Assembly (NCBI GenBank): GCA_028826165.1
Contig: JAPDFW010000070.1
Coordinates: 124,001-188,000, forward strand
Length of the DNA: 64,000 bases
Origin: Anaeramoeba ignava BMAN
Taxonomy: Eukaryota > Protista > Anaeramoebae
Direction: 5' to 3'
Shown here piece after piece: positions 53,927 through 64,000 of this stretch; position 1 is the first letter of the stretch, and every line of letters starts with the position of its first letter. The translations under genes and the position numbers were made by a program. Below the pieces are notes generated by a model, which saw nothing but the letters and a program-made list of their open reading frames with translations, searched no databases and was not told the DNA's origin.

Positions 53927-55429
53927 ATGGTATCTTCATTAGAAATTGTAAAAAGAACAGCAAGAGCAGCTTCAGGAACAGGATCTCCTCAACTTTATAT
54001 AATTGGAATTATTTCAGCTATTGTTGCTTTGTTAGTTCTTTATGAAATTATAAGAACAATTAGATTAACTAGGTAAATTTTTAATAATTTATCTTTTTAA
54101 ATTTTTATTCAAATTTAAATTTTATTTCTTATTTAGATCTATTTGGAAAAATATAACTTCAAGATTTAGAATTTTGATTTTATCTTCTTGTTTTTTGGAA
54201 TTATTTTTAACTTCAATATTTTTTCTTATTTCATTTAATTGGAAATCAATTTTCTCAATAATTTTTTTTTATATCACTTTTCCAGTTTGGCTTCAATTTT
54301 GCACGTAAATTTAAAAATATTCAAATCAATATTCAATTAAATATTCAAATAAATATTCAAATAAATATTCAAATAAATATTCAATTTAATATTCAAATCA
54401 ATATTCAAATAAATACTCAATTAAATATTCAAATAAATATTCAAATAAATATTCAAATAAATATTCAAATCAATATTCAAATCAACATTCAAATAAATAT
54501 TCAAATAAAATCAATAAATATTCAAATAAATATTCAAATAAATATTCAAATAAATATTCAAATCAATATTCAAATCAATATTCAAATAAATATTCAAATC
54601 AATATTCAAATATTCAAATAAATATTCAAATCAATATTCAATTTAATGTTCAAATAAATATTCAAATAAATATTCAATTAAATATTCAATTAAATATTCA
54701 AATAAATATTCAATTAAATATTCAAATAAATATTCAAATCAATATTCAAATAAATATTCAAATAAATAAATAAATAGATTTACTTTTTACATTCTTTATC
54801 TTGCTAAAACTCTTTATATGATTGAAGGAAAAGAAACCAAGTTGAAAAAATATCTTGATTTGATTTTTGGAATTTTGATTGGTTTCAATTTTATTTTTGT
54901 GATTCTCCTTGATTATTTTAATTCCAAAATTTTGGAAAAAGGAAAAAGTAACTTGGGAGCAGATATTTTAGCAACTTTATATATTGTATTCTTGATGGTT
55001 CCATTAGTTGTATTGTTTACAATTATGGGAGTGAAATATTTCAAAAAATCCAAAGAATATGTTTTAGTCAAAATCCAAAAAGAAAGAATTAAATACACAA
55101 TCATTTTGATTATAATTGATGATTTAATTTTTACTGTTTTCCTTGTTTCAACTTTATTTGGAGCTTTTGGAGCAAATAAGATTACAAGTACTGTGAATGG
55201 ATATTTAGAGGATGAAGAGTATTCTAAATATGATACATCTATTCTTTTGATTACTTTGATTTTTGTTATGATTCCTGCTTTTGTTCTCTTTTTGATTTTA
55301 CACCGTGTTTTAAGTATTGAAAAAAGAATGTTTCAAAGAGAAGAAAATATTCTTTTGACTGATTCATTTGATTATTATTCTAATGTTGATCCTATTAATA
55401 GTTTTAATTTTGATCTAAAATTTAATTGA
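53927..55429 (+). CDS. 7TM GPR137/TOM1-like protein, copy 7 (different C-terminal tail)
   Basis: Same structure; tail EENILLTDSFDYYSNV... Confidence 0.8.
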
Positions 55430-55604
55430 ATGAAATTTATTTGAATGAAATTTATTGTATCTGTCTTTCAAAATCAATTATTTTCATTTAAAAAAGAATA
55501 AAATTCAAATTGAAAATTGATTTGATTTTTTTTTTTGGATAATTTTGATTTCAAATCATTTTTTTCATTTTTTTCATTTTTTTCATTTTTTTCAATTTTA
55601 AAAA

Positions 55605-56995
55605 ATGGTATCTGCATTAGAAATGGCTAAAAGAAGAGCAAGAGGAGCTTCAGGAACAGGATCTCCTCAACTTTATGTAATTGGAATTATTTCAGCTATT
55701 GTTGCTTTATTAGTTTTTTATGAAATTATAAGAACAATTAGAATAACTGGGTAAATTTTTAATAATTTATCTTTTTAAATTTTTATTCAAATTTAAATTT
55801 TATTTTTATTTAGATCTACTTGGAAAAATTTAACTTCAAGATTTAGAATTTTAATTTTATCTTCTTGTTTTTTGGAATTAGCTTTAATTTCAGTACTTTT
55901 TCTTGTTTCATTTAATTGGAAATCAGTTTTTCCTTTACTTTTTTTGTATGATGCTTTACCAAGTTGGTTTCAATTTTGCACGTAAAATCAAAATCAAAAT
56001 CCAAATTCAAAATCAAAATTAAAATCAAAATCAAAATCAAAATCAAAATCAAAATCAAAATCAAAATCAAAATCAAATTAAAATCAAAATCAAAATCAAA
56101 ATCAAAATCAAAATCAAAATCAAAATCAAAATCAAAATCAAAATCAAAATCAAAATCAAAATCAAAATCAAAATCAAAATGAAAATCAAAATCAAAATCA
56201 AAATCAAAATCAAAATCAAAATTAAAATTAAAATAAATCAAAATCAAAATCAAAATCAAAATCAAAATCAAAATTAAAATCAAAATCAAAATCAAAATCA
56301 AAAAAAATCAAAATCAAAATTCAAATATAAAATATAAAAAAAACAGATTTGCTTTTTATACTCTTTATCTTGCTAAAACACTTTACATGATTGAAGGAAA
56401 ACAAACAAAAACAAAAAAATACCTTGATTTCATTTTTGCAATGTTAATTATTTTCAGTTTTGCTTTTGTATTTCTTGTTTCTTATTTTGACTCTAAGTAT
56501 TTAGAAGATGAAGACAAATATAAAGGTTCAGATATTTTAGCAGCTTTATATTTAGCGATTTTAATATTACCATTACTCATACTATTTGGAATAATGGGAG
56601 TAAAATATTACAAAAAATCACATGATTATCTTTTATTGCTAATCCAAAAAGAAAGAATCAAATATGTCATGTTATTGATTATAATTGATGGATTGATTTT
56701 TCTTGGTTTTTTTATTTGGTCTTTATTTTCTGCTTTTGGAGGAAATAAAATTCAAAAAAATGTTGATGATTACTTGGAAAATAAAGAATATTCAAAATAT
56801 GATACATTTGCTCTTATTTTCGGTTTGATTTTTTTTATTATTCCTGCTTTTGTTTTATTTATTATTTTACATCGTGTTTTAAGTAATGAAAAAGGAATGT
56901 TTCAAAGAGAAGAAAATATTCTTTTGACTGATTTAGATGATGATAATGATGATAATTTTAATAGTGAATATAAATTGTTTGATGTTAAAAAGTAG
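55605..56995 (+). CDS. 7TM GPR137/TOM1-like protein, copy 8
   Basis: Same exon structure and motifs. Confidence 0.8.
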
Positions 56996-57385
56996 TTCAT
57001 TTATTTTTATTCCCTTTTTCTTTTAAATTTTTTATTGGATTTGTTTTCAATTTGCTTATTTAAAAAGGGGAAAAATTCAATCAAATTTTGATCAAAAAAT
57101 AAAAAATAAAAAATAAAAAATAAAACGTTTTTCAATTAATTTTTTGTTTTTAATATTTACTTTCAAAATCAATTCAAATCATTTTTAAATTATCAACAAA
57201 AAAACAAAGTAGAGATCAAAATAAACAATTTTTAAAATGACGTTGTAAAATTTCTTTCCAAAAACTTTTTAAACAAAGAATTAAAAAAAATTTTTTTTTC
57301 TTTCATTTTTAAATTCAAATTTTTTTCTTTTTGACATTTTTTTTTTAAGTTTGGATTTCTGAAATTTTTAAAAGAAAAAAGTAAA

Positions 57386-58933
57386 ATGGTTTCAACAATA
57401 GAATTAATTAAAAGAACTGCAAGAGGAGCTTCAAAAACTGGTTCTCCTCAACTTTATATAATTTCATTTACTTCTTTATTTCTTGCTTTATTATTTCTTT
57501 ATGAAATTATTAGAACAATTAGAATTACAAAGTAAAATAATCATATTTTTTAATTTTAATTTTAATTTAAATTTAAAATCAAATTTTTTTATTCTTTTTT
57601 TTTGGAATTTTGCTTTATTTAGATCAATTTGGAAAAATGTAACTTCAAGATTTAGAATTTTGGTTTTATCTTTCTCTTTTATTGGATTGTTTATTCAAAC
57701 ATTAACAGCTCTTATTTCTTTTAATTGGGAATCAATTTTCTTAATATTTTTCTTCTATGTTAATCTTGTGTATTGGTTTATATATTCTTCGTAAATCAAA
57801 ATTAAAATTAAAATCAAAATCAAAATCAAAATCAAAATCAAAATCAAAATCAAAATCAAAATCAAAATTAAAATCAAAATCAAAATCAAAATCAAAATTA
57901 AAATTAAAATTAAAATCAAAATTAAAATTAAAATCAAAATCAAAATCAAAATTAAAATCAAAATTAAAATCAAAATCAAAATCAAAATTAAAATTAAAAT
58001 TAAAATCAAAATCAAAATTAAAATTAAAATTAAAATTAAAATCAAAATTAAAATTAAAATCAAAATCAAAATCAAAATCAAAATCAAAATCAAAATCAAA
58101 ATCAAAATCAAAATCAAAATCAAAATCAAAATTAAAATCAAAATCAAAATCAAAATTAAAATTAAAATCAAAATAAAAATTAAAATCAAAATTAAATTTA
58201 AAATCAAAATCAAAATTAAAATTAAAATTAAAATTAAATCAAAATCAAAATTAAAATCAAAAATTAAATTTAAATTTCAAATAGTTATATTGCTTATATT
58301 TTTTATGTTGTTAAAACTCTCCAATTAATTGAAGGAAAACAAACAAAAATCAGGAAATATTCTGATTTAATATTTGGAATCTTAATTATTATTACTTTTG
58401 CATTGTTAATCCTTTTTTGTTATTTGGATGCAAAAAATTTGAATGATAACACAAAATTCTCAGATGCATATAGACTCCAAAATTTATATAACATTATATG
58501 GATATTACCATTAAGTATTATATTTATAGTTATTTCAATAAAATCTTACAAAAAATTTGGAGGATATATTTTAGTTAAAATACAAAAAGAAAGAATTAAA
58601 TATGTTCTAATTTTGACAATAATTGGTTGCTGTTTTTTTGGAGCTTTTCTTATTTGGGTTATATTTAGTGTTTCTGGAGCAAATAAGATGTCAAATAATT
58701 TAAAGAGTTATTTAGAAAATGAAGAATATTCAAAATTTGATAATTTCAATCTTTTTTTCCACTTTATCTTTTTTTTTATTCCTTCTTTTATTATTTTTTT
58801 CTTTTTACATCATATTTTAACTATTGAAAAAAGAATGTTTCAAAGAGAAGAAAATATTCTTTTGGCTGATCCTGATGATGATGGTATTATTTATAACAAA
58901 AATGAATATAAATTAATGGATATTATAAATTGA
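57386..58933 (+). CDS. 7TM GPR137/TOM1-like protein, copy 9 (divergent subgroup)
   Basis: Same intron positions; TM3 altered (NLVYWFIYSS); tail EENILL...YKLM. Confidence 0.78.
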
Positions 58934-59179
58934 TTTGAAGAAATTCTTTAAAGGAATTTTTGATTGGGTTAAACAAGAATAAATTAATAAGATTAATGTT
59001 TTTTTTAATGACGTGTTCTGATTTAATTGATTGATTTGGTTAATTTATAAAAGAAATTAAACCAAATAAACAAAAATTTAATCCCCTTTAGTTTTTTTTT
59101 AAGGAAACTTTTTTTTCACATTTTTTCATTTTTTTTTTAGTTTTGGATTTCAATAAAATAATTAAAAGAAAAAAGTAAA

Positions 59180-60612
59180 ATGGTTTCAACAATAGAATTA
59201 ATTAAAAGAACTCCAAGAGCAGCTTCAAAAACTGGTTCTCCTCAGCTTTATATTACTTCATTTATTTCTTTATTTCTTGCTTTATTATTTCTTTATGAAA
59301 TTATTAGAACAATTAGAATTACAAAGTAAAATAATCATATTTTTTAATTTTGATTTAAAATCAAATTTAAATTCAAATTTTTTTATTCTTTTTTTTTGGA
59401 ATTTTGTCTTATTTAGATCAATTTGGAAAAATGTAACTTCAAGATTTAGAATTTTGGTTTTATCTTTCTCTTTTATTGGATTGTTTACTCAAACATTAAC
59501 AGCTCTTATTTCTTTTAATTGGGAATCAATTTTCTTAATATTTTTATTCTATGTTAATCTTGTGTTTTGGTCTCAATTTTCTTCGTAAATCAAAATTAAA
59601 TTAAAAATTAAAATCAAAAATCAAAATCAAAATCAAAAATCAAAATCAAAATTAAAATTAAAATCAAAATTAAAATTAAATTAAATATAATTATGTTTTT
59701 AAAATCAAGGAAAACAAAACAAAAATCAAAAGAAATAAATCTGAAAATTTGAAATCCAAATTACTTTTGGGTTTTTAGTCAAAAATCAAAATCAAAATTA
59801 AATCAAAATCAAAATCAAAATTAAATTTTAAATAAAAATTAAAAATTAAAAAATTAAAATTACAAAAATTAAGGAAATTCGAGTTCCAAAACAAAAACAA
59901 AAATTAAAATCAAAAGTTAAATTTAAATTTCAATTAGTTATATTGCTTATATTTTTTATGTTGTTAAAACTCTACAATTAATTGAAGGAAAACGAACAAA
60001 AATCAGGAAATATTCTGATTTAATATTTGCGATTTTAATTATTATTACTTTTGGGTTTTTAATCCTTTTTTGTTATTTGGATGCAAAAAATTTGAATGAT
60101 AACACAACATTCACAGATGCATATAGATTTCAAAATTTATATAACATTATATGGATATTACCATTAAATATCATATTTGCAATTATTTCAATAAAATCTT
60201 ACAAAAAATTTGGAGGATATATTTTAGTTAAAATACAAAAAGAAAGAATTAAATATGTTGCAATTTTGACAATAATTGGTAGTTGTTTTTTTGGAGTCTC
60301 CTTATTTGGGTTATATTTAGTGTTTCTGGAGCAAATAAGATGTCAAATAATTTAAAGAGTTATTTAGAAAATGAAGAATATTCAAAATTTGATAATTTCA
60401 ATCTTTTTCCACTTTTATCTTTTTTATTCCTTCTTTTATTATTTTTTTCTTTTTACATCATATTTTAAAATGGTTTCAAAAAATAAAATAATTAAAAGAA
60501 CTGAAAATATTATTTTAACAAAAATGAAAACTAATGGATCCAGATGATGATAATTTGAATTTTTAATGATGAGAAAAATGAATATAAATTATTTTTGATG
60601 TAGAAAAAATTG
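59180..60612 (+). pseudogene. 7TM copy 10, frameshifted or garbled in exon 3 (pseudogene or misassembly)
   Basis: Close to copy 9; indels at about 60298 and 60405-60425 and a scrambled 3' end. Confidence 0.55.
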
Positions 60613-60713
60613 AATTATAAATTGATTATAAATTGATTTTAAACAAAAATAAAATTTTTATTTTTTGGAATTTTCATTTTTTTCTTTTTGCTTAATTAAT
60701 TTTTAAAAATAAA

Positions 60714-61901
60714 ATGGTTTCTCCGAAAGAAAGAATTGAAAGATCCCAAGAGGAGCTTCAAAAACTGGTTCTCTCAACTCTATTTTTATATTTTTATTTG
60801 GAATTATTTTTTGAATTATTTTTTTAATCTTTTGTTTTGGTTATTTTTTGTAAATTTATAAAATCAAATCAAACAAAATTAAATTAAAATTTCATCTTTT
60901 CTTTTAAAATCAAAATCAAATTTCTTTTAAAAATCGAAATTTAAAATTTTAAAATATGTGTTTCAAAATCAATTTTTAAAATTTGGAAAAATTAAAATTC
61001 AAAATCAAAATCAAAATCAATCTTCAAAATTTTTTAAAAATTATTTTTAAAATCAAAATTCAAAACAAAATTAAAATTTAAAATTAAAATCAAAATCAAA
61101 AATTAAAATCAAAATTAAAAATCAAAATCAAAATTAAAATCAAAATCAAAATCAAAATTTAAAAATCAAAATTAAAAATTAAAATCAAAATTAAAATTAA
61201 AAAAAAATTAAAATTAAAATTTTCAAAATTAAAAATTAAATTCTCTTTATATTTTTCAATTTATATTTTTATATTTTAAAAACACTTCAATTAATTGAAG
61301 GAAAACAAACAAAAATCAAAAATATCTTGATTTGATATTTGCGATTTTAATTATTATTACTTTTGGGTTTTTAATCCTTTTTTGTTATTTGGATGCAAAA
61401 AATTTGAATGATAACACAACATTCACAGATGCATATAGATTTCAAAATTTATATAACATTATATGGATATTACCATTAAATATCATATTTGCAATTATTT
61501 CAATAAAATCTTACAAAAAATTTGGAGGATATATTTTAGTTAAAATACAAAAAGAAAGAATTAAATATGTTGCAATTTTGACAATAATTGGTAGTTGTTT
61601 TTTTGGAGCTTCCCTTATTTGGGCTATATTTAGTGTTTCTGGAGCAAATAAGATGTCAAATAATTTAAAGAGTTATTTGGAAAATGAAGAATATTCAAAA
61701 TTTGATAATTTCAATCTTTTTTTCCACTTTATTTTTTTTCTTATTCCTTCTTTTATTATTTTTTTCTTTTTACATCATATTTTAAGTATTGAAAAAGGAA
61801 TGTTTCAAAGAGAAGAAAATATTCTTTTGGCTGATCCAGATGATGATAATTTGCTTAATGATGAGAAAAATGAATATAAATTATTTGATGTTAAAAATTG
61901 A
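60714..61901 (+). pseudogene. 7TM copy 11, garbled exons 1-2 with intact exon 3 (chimera or misassembly)
   Basis: 5' end resembles copy 12 (MVSPKERIER), exon 3 is nearly identical to copy 10; 60750-61320 cannot be read as exons. Confidence 0.5.
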
Positions 61902-62014
61902 TTATAAATTGATTATAAATTGATTTTTATTTTGAAATAAAATTTTTTTGCTTTTTTGGAAATTCATTTTTTCTCTTTTTTTTTTGCTTAATTAACTTTT
62001 TAAAAAAAAATAAA

Positions 62015-63147
62015 ATGGTTTCTCCGAAAGAAAGAATTGAAAGATCCGCAAGAGGAGCTTCAGGAACAAATTCTCCTCAACTTTATATACTTGGAATTAT
62101 TTATTTGATTTTTTCTTTATTAGTTCTTTATGAAATTATAAGAACAATTAGAACAATAAAGTAAATTTCATTTATTATTTGAATCTAAATTTGAATTTGA
62201 ATTTGAATTCTAAATTTAAAATTTAAATATAAATTCCACATTATTTCTTTTTAGACCAATTTGGAAAAATATAACTTCAAGATTTAGAATCTTAATTTTA
62301 TCTTCTTGTTTTTGGGAATTATTTTTAGCTTCATTATTTAGACTTATTTCATTTAATTGGAAATCAATATTTTTAATACTTTTTTTTTATTATAATATAC
62401 CAGTTTGGTTTGAATTTTGCACGTAAATTTAAGAAGAAAAAAAGTGATTGAATATTCCAAATTCAAAAAATATTTATTTTCAATATTCCAAAAAAAAATA
62501 GATTCTCTTTATATTTTCTTTATATTGCTAAAACACTTCAGTTGATAGAAGGGAAACAAACAAGAATCAAAAAACATCTTGATTTGATTTTTTCAATTAT
62601 AATTATTGGCAATCTTATTTTAATAATCATTGTTTGCTATTTTGATGCAGAAAATTTGAAAGATGAAACAAAATATAAAGGAATAGATAAAGTGCAAACC
62701 TTATATTTGCTAATATTGCTCTTATTCCTAATTTTATTATTTATAATTATGGGAATAAAATATTATAAAAAATTTGGAGATTATCTTTTAGTTAAAATAC
62801 AAAAAGAAAGAATTAAATACATTATGATTTTGATTATAATTGATGGTTTGATTTTTATTACTTTCCTTATTTGGTCTATATTTGGTGCTTTTAATGCAAA
62901 TTCACTCTCAAATAATTCAAGAAAGAGTTTGGACAATGAAGAATATTCAAAATATGATACTTTTATTCTTTTTGATTTATTTTTTGATTTAACTCCTGCT
63001 TTTGTTTTATTTATTATTTTACATCATATTTTAAGTATTGAAAAAAGAATGTTTCAAAGAGAAGAAAATATTCTTTTGGCTGATTTAGATGATGATGGTT
63101 TTAATGATAACAAAAATGAATATAAATTATTTGATATTAAAAATTAA
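62015..63147 (+). CDS. 7TM GPR137/TOM1-like protein, copy 12
   Basis: Same structure with an unexpanded 79-nt intron 2 (62423-62501). Confidence 0.8.
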
Positions 63148-63273
63148 TTAAAAATTGATTAAAAATTGGTGTGTCTAATAAATTGGTTTTTATTTTGAAA
63201 TAAAATTTTTTTGTTTTTGGAAATTCATTTTTTGTTTCTTTTTTGCTTAATTAACTTTTTAAAAAAAAATAAA

Positions 63274-64000
63274 ATGGTTTCTCCGAAAGAAAGAATTGAA
63301 AGATCCGCAAGAGGAGCTTCAGGAACAAATTCTCCTCAACTTTATATACTTGGAATTATTTATTTGATTGTTAGTTTATTAGTTCTTTATGAAATTATAA
63401 GAACAATTAGAACAATAAAGTAAATTTCATTTATTATTTGAATTTGAATTTGAATTTGAATTTGAATTTCAATCTAAATTCGTCATCTTTATTTCTTTTT
63501 AGATCAATTTGGAAAAATATAACTTCAAGATTTAGAATCTTAATTTTATCTTTTTGTTTTTTGGAATTATTTTTAGTTTCATTATTTAGACTTATTTCAT
63601 TTAATTGGAAATCAATATTTTTAATACTTTTTTTTTATTATAATATACCAGTTTGGTTTGAATTTTGCACGTAAATTTAAGAAGAAAAAAAGTGATTGAA
63701 TATTCCAAATTCAAAAAATATTTATTTTCAATATTCCAAAAAAAATAGATTCTCTTTATATTTTCTTTATATTGCTAAAACACTTCAGTTGATAGAAGGG
63801 AAACAAACAAGAATCAAAAAACATCTTGATTTGATTTTTTCAATTATAATTATTGGCGATCTTATTTTCATCATTCTTGTTTCTTATTTTGATGCAGAAA
63901 ATTTGAAAGATGAAACAAAATATAAAGGAGCAGAGAAAGCAGAAACCTTATATTTGCTAATATTGTCCTTATTTCTAATTTTATTATTTATAATTATGGG
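63274..64000 (+). CDS. 7TM GPR137/TOM1-like protein, copy 13 (truncated by window end)
   Basis: Near-identical to copy 12, including intron 2. Confidence 0.78.

Noticed and set aside
1-64000. Transposons, inteins, tRNA or rRNA genes
   Set aside because: No transposase, reverse transcriptase or intein motifs, terminal repeats or structured-RNA signatures recognised by eye; a covariance-model search was not possible.

Overview
Eukaryotic, extremely AT-rich, gene-dense protist DNA with GT-AG spliceosomal introns, many of them inflated by simple repeats. The style (BTB-protein expansion, NQ-repeat proteins, TCATTT initiator-like motifs) suggests an anaerobic metamonad such as Anaeramoeba, but that is inference. 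The first 42.6 kb holds 12 genes: BTB-BACK-TLDc protein, Aimless-like LisH-RasGEF, LMBD1-like protein, an N/Q-rich ankyrin-BTB protein, Rce1, an AAC4-like protein, PGK, a coiled-coil protein, a myristoylation-signal PAS-GAF protein, a degenerate ABCC transporter, a LisH-CTLH-WD40 protein and a methyltransferase, followed by importin-beta. From 42.75 kb to the end lies a tandem array of 13 three-exon GPR137/TOM1-like 7TM genes. The top finding is in the ankyrin-BTB gene: the two variable beta-hairpin residues after each ankyrin repeat appear to be encoded by separate 3-nt, single-codon microexons (six AG-NNN-GT units at the expected positions). Several single-base frameshifts and garbled patches look like assembly or polishing errors. 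Most long low-complexity ORFs in the track are spurious.
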